A DNA stretch of 42,684 bases. It comes from a virus (Duplodnaviria; Caudoviricetes). The position numbers were made by a program, and so were the translations under genes. The stretch's first letter is position 1. Each line of letters starts with the position of its first letter. Shown in pieces: positions 34,896-42,684 of this stretch. The stretch spans positions 1 through 42,684 of IMG/VR virus record IMGVR_UViG_3300049190_000014. One strand, written 5' to 3'. The notes beneath the pieces were generated by a model. It worked only from the letters and a program-made list of their open reading frames with translations. It was not told where the DNA came from and searched no databases.

Positions 34896-36521
34896 TTAAA
34901 TCCAGATAATTTCTGAGGCTGTGTTTTCGGCCTTGATCCTGCGCCAACGCGTAATAGCGTTCACCAATGCAGAAACACCGTCAATCTTATTTTGTGACTT
35001 GGCTTTGTCCGGCATCACGTAGCCTTTAGCGTTCATGTTTAGCACTACGTTGCCAATCATCCAGCGCATAACCGGATTTCCAAAGTGTTCGAATAGTTGG
35101 CCCGTAGCAAGACGTTCGACTTCTTGTGTTCCTCCGGTGAGTGGGCCATGACTTTGACCGAGTGGTGCCCACTCGATGCCCTGTAATGCAAGGTTTGAAA
35201 CTACGTTACCCGCATAAACGTGGTCATAGTCGCCACCACGGAAATCATATTTCATTATTTGATCAAGGATGTTTTGCTCGATGACGTTGTAGTCAACAAT
35301 GTTACTATCCTTGAATTCAAACATGAGTCCGAGGTCTACCCACTTACGATAATCAACGCGGTCTTTGTTGTTTTTTATTTTCTCGTCCGGAATCCAGAAA
35401 AAAGGGAGAATTGGTACGATTTCTTTACCATTTTGTTCGAATTGGTCGGGAAAAATGAGACAAAATGCGTTTAAATCGACACTTTTTGCACAGTCTAAAC
35501 CACCGTAGCAAGTTTTACCAAGTAGGTCTGAAATCTTTAAGCCGTGGGTATTTTTCACCCAAACTTCATTTGGAATCCATACCTTCGGTGCATCGCACCA
35601 AACATTCAGGTTTTTGGTTTTAAAGTTTACAATCTCAGATCCACCGTTGTTTTTTGCTTGGTTGTACTCCTGTAGAAGGTAATCCATCGACACAGTTACA
35701 CCAAGATTCGGGTTGGCCTTAATCCACACATCCGGATTTTCCCAATCATCTTCATCATCCAAGGTGAAAATCATCACGAACATGCGATCATCTTCCTTGA
35801 TTCCTTCCAGGATTTCAGTACAGGTTTTTCGGAGATTAAAACACGCACTCTCTTTATTGAATCCAGCTGTGGTAATTACCATCTGGTGCGGTTGCTTTCG
35901 CGCGCCCATGCCGGACTTTAATACGTTGTACAGTTTGTCGTTCGGGTGTTCGTGGAACTCATCGATGATGTTCACCAAGGGATTAAGACCGTCCAGGCGT
36001 TTTGCTTCTGCGCTAAGCGGCTCGAATCGGCTCGATCCGTACAACATTACGTGTTGGTGTACTTTAATCCGGTCTGCAAGTAGTGGGGTGTGCTTTACAA
36101 TGTCCTGGGCAATCTGGAATCCATACTTAGCCTGGTCACGTTTAGTGGCAGCGTTGTAAACTTCAGCTTTTGGATCTGAGATGTAAAAGACAAGCGCGAT
36201 GGCCTCTACCAGTGTAGTCTTTCCGGTTTTACGCGCCATCTCCAGGTATGAGTAGCGGTACTTTCTTGTCCTGTCCTTGGTGAATTTCCAGCCGAAAATC
36301 TGCGATACGATGAATGCCTGGAAGTCAGAAAGAATCATTGGCCCTTCAGTTAACCGCATGCTTTCGATCATGGAGATCGCGGTATCAGCGGCTACTTTAT
36401 CGAAATAAAACTCAGGTCTTTGGAGGTCTGCGATATGTCGTTTTACTGCTAGTAGACAGTACTTCCCGATAACTAATTTTCCACCTAACACATCCTCAAT
36501 GTACCGTTCGTACTTCGTCAT
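34896..36521 (-). CDS. terL: Terminase large subunit
   Basis: ARKTGKT Walker A, IIDEFH Walker B, ITTAG, KANPNLG, GLD and KIDG nuclease motifs. Confidence 0.95.
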   Translation of the reverse strand: MTKYERYIEDVLGGKLVIGKYCLLAVKRHIADLQRPEFYFDKVAADTAISMIESMRLTEGPMILSDFQAFIVSQIFGWKFTKDRTRKYRYSYLEMARKTGKTTLVEAIALVFYISDPKAEVYNAATKRDQAKYGFQIAQDIVKHTPLLADRIKVHQHVMLYGSSRFEPLSAEAKRLDGLNPLVNIIDEFHEHPNDKLYNVLKSGMGARKQPHQMVITTAGFNKESACFNLRKTCTEILEGIKEDDRMFVMIFTLDDEDDWENPDVWIKANPNLGVTVSMDYLLQEYNQAKNNGGSEIVNFKTKNLNVWCDAPKVWIPNEVWVKNTHGLKISDLLGKTCYGGLDCAKSVDLNAFCLIFPDQFEQNGKEIVPILPFFWIPDEKIKNNKDRVDYRKWVDLGLMFEFKDSNIVDYNVIEQNILDQIMKYDFRGGDYDHVYAGNVVSNLALQGIEWAPLGQSHGPLTGGTQEVERLATGQLFEHFGNPVMRWMIGNVVLNMNAKGYVMPDKAKSQNKIDGVSALVNAITRWRRIKAENTASEIIWI

Positions 36522-36991
36522 AGATTACTTACCGCCATGAATGGATCGTTGTTATTTTTTGGTTTTTCAGGGGCGCTGATCGATGCCCTGGTGGATGGAC
36601 TGAACCCGAAGTGCGCGGCTATCTTCTGAATCTGTGTGTTAGCAGTATTGTAGATTTTAATATGCGGTGATGGTATTTCATACGACCCGCTTTTTGTTGT
36701 CACCTCCACTACCAACCCTTCTTTTTTAAGCGCCCTGGCAGACTTATTGAGGATGCTGCACTGCAAACAATAGGTTTCCAGTAGCGGAATATCCACGTCG
36801 TGCAGCATGCCTAAATCTTTCAACCTCTTGGCGCTGGTGTTCCATATCTTCACAGCGTCAGCCTCAAAATAATCTGGCGCAGGTGGTAAAATGTCCATCT
36901 CAGGGACGGTCATTTCGTTTTGAACCTCCCTGGATGGCCTTCTAAATACTTTTAGCTTTGTTGGTTTCTTTGCCGGACCCCTCTTTCCCAT
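36518..36991 (-). CDS. terS: Terminase small subunit (P27 family)
   Basis: RGPAKKPT...P...W...D...L..YC...P....FGFSPSTRA. Confidence 0.9.
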   Translation of the reverse strand: MGKRGPAKKPTKLKVFRRPSREVQNEMTVPEMDILPPAPDYFEADAVKIWNTSAKRLKDLGMLHDVDIPLLETYCLQCSILNKSARALKKEGLVVEVTTKSGSYEIPSPHIKIYNTANTQIQKIAAHFGFSPSTRASISAPEKPKNNNDPFMAVSNL

Positions 36992-37004
36992 AATTTCCCC
37001 CTTA

Positions 37005-37072
37005 AAACGAAACTTGCACGCGAAAAAACGCGACTACAAAACGGTTACGATTTTTCGATGTACCCCCTATAT
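37005..37072 (-). other. Probable cos packaging site
   Basis: Non-coding DNA between HNH and terS; minus strand AGGGGGTA...AACCG...CGCGTTTTTTCGCGTGCAAGTTT resembles cos regions of HK97-like phages. Confidence 0.55.
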
Positions 37073-37153
37073 CCTTTGGTTTTATCTTTTGTTTACGTTA
37101 TTATATTCTGTTTTGTTGTGTTCGTACGGTGATCGTGTGTCATTTTATTTGGC

Positions 37154-37552
37154 TTATTGCAGTGTAAACACTTGGTTTGAAATCGGAGTAGATGTCGTTC
37201 CTTGTGTTAATACAATATCTGCGCTTGCGTTATTACCGTTCTTTTCGATGTTGTTTAGAGTAAGGTTGAAGCCTGAGCCACTAAATGCAATTGACTTAAT
37301 TGCTTCTCGGTATGAATCACCATCGATTGTTACGCTGGATGGCGCCAGATCTAATCCGTTTCTTAAAATTGAAATGTGCTTAATTCTGTAGTTGGATTCT
37401 GTGTCGATCTTCCAAAGATCAAAGCTGATGGATAGGTCGGATGATTGAAGTGACCAGTTCTTTGTTAGTCCATCTTGATTAGGATTGACATCTTCGCTAC
37501 ATGCTACGGTGATAGCTGTAAGCAGGGCGAATAATAGCATCTTTGTTTTCAT
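37154..37552 (-). CDS. Lipoprotein (moron-like)
   Basis: MLLFALLTAITVAC lipobox followed by acidic SEDVNP. Confidence 0.75.
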   Translation of the reverse strand: MKTKMLLFALLTAITVACSEDVNPNQDGLTKNWSLQSSDLSISFDLWKIDTESNYRIKHISILRNGLDLAPSSVTIDGDSYREAIKSIAFSGSGFNLTLNNIEKNGNNASADIVLTQGTTSTPISNQVFTLQ

Positions 37553-37565
37553 ATAGGTTAGATAT

Positions 37566-37901
37566 TTAGTTGGTTTTAAGGCTTTGTATAAAGTTAAGTA
37601 TTTCTAATTCAAACTGATCTCTGGTGAATATCCCTTTTTCCCAGGCTCTCTTTAGGTTGTGACATTCATGGCAGCATCCTTTCATGTTTGACCTTACGAG
37701 CTGAAGCTCAGGAAATAATCTCCTTGGTTTAAAGTGATCGGTTAGCTCTGATGCTGTTATCCTTCCTTTAAGTTTACAGTATGCACATAAAGGTTCTTCA
37801 TTGCGGACCAATAGCGTAAGATTACGCCAAGGAACGGACAGATAGAATGGATCTGTCTTCTTAACGTTCTGTGATGGTGGCTTACGCTGGACTGTGGGCA
37901 T
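37566..37901 (-). CDS. Terminase-associated HNH endonuclease (HK97 gp74-like)
   Basis: FY....WR...PLCAYC...DH..P...N..GCCHECHN; upstream of cos/terS; start MPTVQ at 37901. Confidence 0.85.
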   Translation of the reverse strand: MPTVQRKPPSQNVKKTDPFYLSVPWRNLTLLVRNEEPLCAYCKLKGRITASELTDHFKPRRLFPELQLVRSNMKGCCHECHNLKRAWEKGIFTRDQFELEILNFIQSLKTN

Positions 37902-38103
37902 CTTTGAAATCTGAATAACAGTTGTAACATGATGAACAAACACTAAGCTTTGTTTCTGAGAATGACTTGGTTTCATGGATGTAAAAAGCCAAGCGCCAAG
38001 GATTAACCATTAATTCATGGCATACAAAGCATTCCTTACCAATAGCTTCCGGTTCTGGTGCCCATATTGTTGAAAACGTTAATGTGACTTTTGTTGTGGC
38101 CAT
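37882..38103 (-). CDS. Small Zn-binding protein
   Basis: CFVC...CSSC. Confidence 0.55.
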   Translation of the reverse strand: MATTKVTLTFSTIWAPEPEAIGKECFVCHELMVNPWRLAFYIHETKSFSETKLSVCSSCYNCYSDFKDAHSPA

Positions 38104-38105
38104 TT

Positions 38106-38357
38106 CTACTTCAATAGCAATATCACAATACCTAACGCCTCAATCCCTGCTAAAATGGCAAATAATGAAGCTGTAAACTTCATACTGTTAAACCTGGTTT
38201 GCGCTTGCTCATAAAGACTCTTGTAAGAAGGTGTGTTGCGCTTCTTCGATGGTGGAGGTTCATTTGGTGTGAATCCACTTTGAATAATCCTGTCTGGTGG
38301 TGGCTCTGGTGCAACGGGTGACTCTCCCGGATCAGCACTTTCATATCCGTTGTGCAT
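38106..38357 (-). CDS. Pro-rich protein with a C-terminal TM
   Basis: 83-aa ORF with a hydrophobic C-terminus. Confidence 0.55.
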   Translation of the reverse strand: MHNGYESADPGESPVAPEPPPDRIIQSGFTPNEPPPSKKRNTPSYKSLYEQAQTRFNSMKFTASLFAILAGIEALGIVILLLK

Positions 38358-38359
38358 AG

Positions 38360-38539
38360 CTATTGTGGTTTATCTGCATTGTTTCTCAACTTCACTAATC
38401 CCTTCTGAAATAATTTAACGGCCTTTTTGTCTGTATCGTTCTGGATCTTTAATAGGGTTATTGTTTTCTCCCTTTCTAATATTCTCTCCTTTATAGATTG
38501 AATTTCGGACTCTGCTGATTGTATGTGAGATTCGTTCAT
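38360..38539 (-). CDS. Small coiled-coil protein (59 aa, not in the ORF track)
   Basis: MNESHIQSAESEIQSIKERILEREK...DKPQ*. Confidence 0.5.
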   Translation of the reverse strand: MNESHIQSAESEIQSIKERILEREKTITLLKIQNDTDKKAVKLFQKGLVKLRNNADKPQ

Positions 38540-38550
38540 TGAATGTTCGG

Positions 38551-38820
38551 TTATTTTTTGAGATGATTCCAGTGTTCTGTAATGACATACTCAGAGGTTA
38601 GAAGCCCTTCCCGAATGTTAATTGTCAGGTTGAAATAGCAATCACACTTCTCGCAATTCGTAATGCAATCAATGCTGTCAACCTCGTAAGTAACGAAGTC
38701 ACCGGGCCGCCAAACTTCAAGATCACGGCCTAAATCTTTTGTCTGACAATCTTGGTTTTCGTCAATGTTTCCACACTCGGGGCACTTAACTGATATTCTT
38801 GCTGAATCGTACATTCCCAT
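38551..38820 (-). CDS. Zn-ribbon protein (MGMYD...CPEC...QTKD family)
   Basis: MGMYD, CPECG, QTKD and CEKC motifs. Confidence 0.7.
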   Translation of the reverse strand: MGMYDSARISVKCPECGNIDENQDCQTKDLGRDLEVWRPGDFVTYEVDSIDCITNCEKCDCYFNLTINIREGLLTSEYVITEHWNHLKK

Positions 38821-38824
38821 ACTT

Positions 38825-38857
38825 CAAATATAGTTTTTACTTAAAAAAAGCCCTCAA
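38825..38857 (-). promoter_or_regulatory. Bacteroidota-type sigmaA promoter
   Basis: TATATTTG (-7 consensus TAnnTTTG) at 38832-38825, 4 nt before the ATG; TTG 22 nt upstream. Confidence 0.55.
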
Positions 38858-38874
38858 GTACCCGACAAGAGGGC
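38843..38874 (-). terminator. Intrinsic terminator
   Basis: Minus strand GCCCTC-N13-GAGGGC followed by T7. Confidence 0.7.
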
Positions 38875-38887
38875 GTAACTACCTAAC

Positions 38888-39193
38888 CTAAACCTGCTCT
38901 ATTTTACTAGAACTGTTTTCTTTGATTTCTTCTTTCTGTTTGTTGTACCATTTTACGCCTGAGACGAGGATTAAGAAAGCCTCGTTCACTGACTTGTTTA
39001 AAATAGCATCAGCTACCATATCAACTAGTGTTTTGTGTTGGTCGTCAAGGTCAACACTTTCAAAATCTAAGTCCCGGAACTTGTGCCATAGTGGCATTAT
39101 ATAGTCCCAACTATGATCGTATCTCAGTGCGGGTTTGTGTGTCCATCCGGCAAACTGAGCTATCACTTCGTTATCTGTTAAGGAGTTCTCCAT
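38888..39193 (-). CDS. Hypothetical phage protein
   Basis: NEVIAQF.G...YDHSWDYIMP...VKWYN motif. Confidence 0.7.
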   Translation of the reverse strand: MENSLTDNEVIAQFAGWTHKPALRYDHSWDYIMPLWHKFRDLDFESVDLDDQHKTLVDMVADAILNKSVNEAFLILVSGVKWYNKQKEEIKENSSSKIEQV

Positions 39194-39196
39194 AGA

Positions 39197-39481
39197 TTAA
39201 TAAACTTGTTGCTTCCCTTCGTAGGTTCTAATTCTGGTTTTCTCAGCTAGTTCCCTCATGTTAATAGGGATTGCTCCCAATTTTATTGCTTTTGCCCTTT
39301 TCAAGAAGCAGATGTCAAAGTGTTCCCTTGGAGTATCGTAATCCTGAATCCACTTTCTTTGAACGCCTATTTTGTCGACCATTTCTAAAAGTTCATCACG
39401 TGTGTCTGCAATCATATGGCACATCTTCATCCCTCGATAGGTTACGCCTGTTTCATAAAAATTGTCAACGTAGACGCTCAT
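39197..39481 (-). CDS. DUF4031 family protein
   Basis: VYVD...MCHMIADT.DEL..M..KIG..RKW.Q...HFDI. Confidence 0.85.
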   Translation of the reverse strand: MSVYVDNFYETGVTYRGMKMCHMIADTRDELLEMVDKIGVQRKWIQDYDTPREHFDICFLKRAKAIKLGAIPINMRELAEKTRIRTYEGKQQVY

Positions 39482-39486
39482 TCTCT

Positions 39487-39738
39487 TTATTCTTTAATTA
39501 AGTCAGCCGTCTTAGCATTAAAGGCACAGTTTGGTAATCCAGCGCAAGTAGTAGCACATTTAAATACCTTAAAACCGTTGTGGAATTCGTAGCATTTATC
39601 AGCGTTCTCCAATGCCCATTTAGCGCCTGCAATAAATCCAAATCGCATATTGCCAGCATCAATGTTTTGTTCGTAATCCATTTCTTTGTCTGGATAACGA
39701 CTTTCTGCTATTTGTTCAATCTCCTTTTCTGTTATCAT
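39487..39738 (-). CDS. Hypothetical phage protein
   Basis: IEQIA..RYP...GFIAGAKW motif. Confidence 0.65.
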   Translation of the reverse strand: MITEKEIEQIAESRYPDKEMDYEQNIDAGNMRFGFIAGAKWALENADKCYEFHNGFKVFKCATTCAGLPNCAFNAKTADLIKE

Positions 39739-40075
39739 GGTGATGTAAGAGTTTTAATGCTGTCTTAAATCCTTTTTTCCAAACCTCTCGCCAAAACTTA
39801 GCCTCAGGGTCGTCATCAGGAACATTCCACATTGCTATGTTTCCCGGTTTTGCTTCTAACCAAGCGTCAAACGCAAGTTTATCTATTTCTAGATCTTCAA
39901 TCATGGGGTTTTTAATTAACTTGTGTGTAAGACCTTTCTTTTTCATACGTTCCCAAATCCTTATTGAGGTGTTGATTTTAAAAGTTCCTCCTTCATTCAC
40001 AATGATGCGCTCTCTCTGCTTAACTGTCTCTGTTCCTTCTCTATTCATGACTCTGGGTTGATTAGGTGTAGTCAT
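39716..40075 (-). CDS. Hypothetical protein
   Basis: 119-aa ORF in a co-oriented cluster. Confidence 0.5.
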   Translation of the reverse strand: MTTPNQPRVMNREGTETVKQRERIIVNEGGTFKINTSIRIWERMKKKGLTHKLIKNPMIEDLEIDKLAFDAWLEAKPGNIAMWNVPDDDPEAKFWREVWKKGFKTALKLLHHHDNRKGD

Positions 40076-40081
40076 AGGGGG

Positions 40082-40312
40082 CTAGGGTTTGAATTCTGGT
40101 TTGACCGGGAAAACACTATCGTAACTATTATCATGGCAATATTGATAGCACTCATCCCATTTACTACGGGCGTAGAGTTCCATCGCTTCATCCTCACATT
40201 CTTCAACGAACTGAGCTGGGCTATTACCATCATAAAAATCATGTAGTAGGTTAGTCCAATTCGGATAATCATGATTTTTGGCTATCTGATTTTTCGCTTG
40301 ATCGAGTGTCAT
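40082..40312 (-). CDS. Hypothetical phage protein
   Basis: TLDQAKNQIA...DEAMELYA; resembles the N-terminus of 14014-14379. Confidence 0.65.
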   Translation of the reverse strand: MTLDQAKNQIAKNHDYPNWTNLLHDFYDGNSPAQFVEECEDEAMELYARSKWDECYQYCHDNSYDSVFPVKPEFKP

Positions 40313-40371
40313 TATTTCTCTACTTTTTGTTGTTCCTCTGTTTTGGTTTTATCTACTAGTAGTTCTGTGTT

Positions 40372-40412
40372 CAAAATGGGGCGGCTCACTGTTCAGATTG
40401 TGTTACCGCCCC
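40372..40412 (-). terminator. GC-rich stem-loop, possible terminator or processing site
   Basis: GGGGCGG (40378-84) pairs with CCGCCCC (40406-12); followed by ATTTT on the minus strand. Confidence 0.45.
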
Positions 40413-40419
40413 GGAGGTG

Positions 40420-41001
40420 TTACCCTACTTTATCATACTTTGCTAATGGTAAATACATCCATCTCATGTGTTCCAGTTCCAGTACGCTATCGTCTCCGTG
40501 GAAGTACCATTTTTTCTCTTGGTAGTCGTAGTGACCAATAATGAAATGTTCTCGGTTACCATTAAGGTCGACTAAAACGTCAACTGAATAATCCTCACCT
40601 TCCTCTTTTGGTGGAGGTGTGTTTGCGTCAAATGCTTCCCGCGCATGAACATCAGTACTTTGGCTTAATGGCATTTGCTCATTATAGTATTCAGTACCAA
40701 AGGACTTTCTTGACTGATTCCAGTCTAACCATTCCTGACGGCTTACTACAAAATCACTGTCGATGTTGTACAATCTTGTTACTCCCTTTTCGTCAGTTCC
40801 TTGATGTACGACAGATATCTCAACATCAAACTTCACTTTGTTTCTAGTGAAGTGAACGCCTGTTACAGTGCACGCTCCAAAATGCCCAGCATAACCAAAG
40901 TTTATGGCCACTTCATCACCGATTCCAAAGAGTGATTCAAATGGATACTGGATGACATTATCGTCATCGTTAATGTGGGTCGAAAGTTTTACCTTACTCA
41001 T
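40420..41001 (-). CDS. Two-domain hypothetical protein (C-terminal DUF551-like)
   Basis: FGIGDEV beta-barrel domain, then SVDVLV...WMYLP. Confidence 0.7.
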   Translation of the reverse strand: MSKVKLSTHINDDDNVIQYPFESLFGIGDEVAINFGYAGHFGACTVTGVHFTRNKVKFDVEISVVHQGTDEKGVTRLYNIDSDFVVSRQEWLDWNQSRKSFGTEYYNEQMPLSQSTDVHAREAFDANTPPPKEEGEDYSVDVLVDLNGNREHFIIGHYDYQEKKWYFHGDDSVLELEHMRWMYLPLAKYDKVG

Positions 41002-41006
41002 AACTA

Positions 41007-41213
41007 TTATCTGTTCAGCTTACCCTGTCCCCGGTCTAATTGTTTCCTCAATGCTTTTCGCAACACTTGAACACAAAACCTGATCTCATATAAGGCTGTG
41101 TTCTCTGTCTCCTTTAAATTCTTATTGTGATTGTGCGCGCCACCATGGCAGCTGCTTGCACGTGGAAATTGATCTGTTGATAATTGAAGAGTTCTGTCGA
41201 GGCCGTTCTTCAT
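41007..41213 (-). CDS. Hypothetical protein
   Basis: Fills the gap after the integrase; no recognisable motif. Confidence 0.3.
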   Translation of the reverse strand: MKNGLDRTLQLSTDQFPRASSCHGGAHNHNKNLKETENTALYEIRFCVQVLRKALRKQLDRGQGKLNR

Positions 41214-41217
41214 GGTT

Positions 41218-42480
41218 TTATTTATTTGCTACCATTTTCAGTTCTTCTTTCGGCTGGAATGCCGCTGCCATCCTTGAGGCGTGTTGCTCCTTAGAAACAC
41301 GGATATACTTTAAGAATGACTTTTCTGATCGATGGCCTGTTACGGCCATAATATCTCTTTTCTCCACTCCCATTAAATAGCAGTTCGTTGCAAAAGATCT
41401 GCGCATAGTGTGCGCCTTTACCATTGTGAACTTTGGAACCCACTCAATCGATACTTTACCTTTTACGGTCGTTCTTTTTTGCACTGGCTTATTGATCTTT
41501 GCCAGTTCTGCTATTTCCTTGATGTATTTATTGAAGTGAGCATTGATAGGCAGCTTAGGCGGGAAACCTTTCCATGAATCCCAAATCTTGTCAGCTAAAG
41601 GCAAGAGCGGAATCATTACGTCCTCCCCTGTTTTTTCCGTGGTGATCTTTATCAATTTTCCTCCACCTAATGCATTGGTGATGTGGTTCGGGTTCAACCT
41701 GGATAAGTCACCGAAACGAAGACCAACCCAACAACCAAACACGAATATCTTTTTAACCCGCTCCATCATCCACGGATTTTCCGTTTTGGACACGTCTGCG
41801 TTTAGGAACTCGATTAATTCTTCCTCTGACAAATAGATTTCATCAGCCTCAGAGTGAATGACTTTAAACCACTTTTTTTTGAAGTTGAGATTTGTGTGTA
41901 GGTCGTGTTCGAAAGCCGAACTAATAAAGGTTTTTAAAATCTTGATTGTTTTACCTACTGAGTTATCAACATGGCCTTGCTTGTAAAGGAAGTCAAGAAA
42001 GGATTCGTAAAAATCAAAATCGAATGAATCCCACTTCAGGTCTATGTTTTTCTTTTCGCAGAATGCTCTCAGGTGGTCGCGAGTGTTCCGGTAACTCCTT
42101 ATTGTACTGCTTTTCTTCGTTGAGTTCTGAATAAAGGAGTCAATGAATGAGTACACCGTTTTTTTTTCAGCGATGGACGTTCCATTGATACACTGGAATG
42201 CCTTGGATTTGATTTCTTCTGGTGTGCCGGATTTGTTGTCGCGCCATACCTCCATTAATCCCGATTAGATTTCCGACAGGTGTCTGTTGATGTTCGCGGC
42301 ATCTCCTTTTGAAAGAGTCTTTGAAGAAGTTACCCTTGATTTGCCGTCCCAATTTTCTGGGTAAACGTGTTCACCAGTTGCAAATGTCGGCCTGATCTGA
42401 CGCGAGATGTAGAGCTCGACAAGGATCGAAGTTCTTTTGCCTGGTTCTGGCTTGTTGAGTTTGAAAGTGATTTTTGCCAT
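41218..42480 (-). pseudogene. int: Tyrosine integrase interrupted by an in-frame TAA at 42267-42265
   Basis: Arm-binding-type N-terminus (MAKITFKL...TGEHVYPENWD...INRHL), then ATC TAA TCG GGA TTA ATG in the same frame into SAM-like and catalytic domains (GLRFGD, EKT, HTMRR, GH, KY). Confidence 0.85.
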
Positions 42481-42558
42481 TGGGTACTGAAAGTTAAGCA
42501 GCAATACGCTACTCGGTACCTATTCGGCAGAGGTCGGGATTAGATGCGACCAAAGAGG

Positions 42559-42684
42559 AAAATAAAAACTTCTCTATCTAGTCAGTAATGACGATTTACT
42601 AAGTTTTAGTTTGTTTTGGTTTCCTTTATTCCCTTAGTATTAGTCCAAACAGGACGCAGAGTCGCGTTGCTAAGTGAATGATAT
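42559..42684. repeat. 126-bp terminal direct repeat, right copy
   Basis: Identical to 11-136; lies 78 bp upstream of the integrase start. Confidence 0.95.

Larger units (their letters stand above)
11..42684. mobile_element. Temperate tailed phage/prophage genome (HK97-like head, siphovirus tail), probable Bacteroidota host
   Basis: Full set of terminase, portal, protease, capsid, tail, lysis, integrase, repressor and replication genes. Confidence 0.95.

Noticed and set aside
37014-37391. 125-aa + strand ORF over the cos region
   Set aside because: TTG start, overlaps the lipoprotein antisense and spans the probable cos site
16034-42134. Numerous + strand ORFs in the late arm (and - strand ORFs within 2096-15195)
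   Set aside because: These are antisense shadows of well-supported genes, with no recognisable motifs
1-42684. Stop-codon reassignment suggested by in-frame TAA at 5796-5798 and 42265-42267
   Set aside because: TAA is the commonest true stop in the genome and core genes are uninterrupted in code 11

Overview
The window is a near-complete or complete ~42.55-kb temperate siphovirus-type phage genome. It has an HK97-like head, probable cos packaging and a non-contractile tail. A 126-bp direct repeat (11-136 = 42559-42684) brackets it. The host is inferred to be Bacteroidota, from the integrase type, A-rich SD-less gene starts, a TAnnTTTG promoter, an SprB-like repeat and typical small-gene families. 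Layout: immunity region (184-1886, mostly -); early + operon (1936-15613) with a YqaJ exonuclease, a decapitated first replication module, a C5 methyltransferase, HNH, an intact initiator with iterons, a T7 gp4/Twinkle-like primase-helicase, NinG and a terminal TnpB; and a convergent - arm (42480 to 15770) with integrase, small accessory genes, HNH, cos, terminase, portal, capsid, tail, lysis and nucleotide-metabolism genes. The most notable points are: (1) a TnpA-less TnpB with a rearranged RuvC-II site, followed by a 28-nt-period array of palindromes where its guide should lie; (2) an integrase split by an in-frame TAA; (3) two replication modules, with recombination scars at gene boundaries; (4) a signal-peptide protein inside the head module. 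All family calls come from motif recognition by eye; no searches were run.
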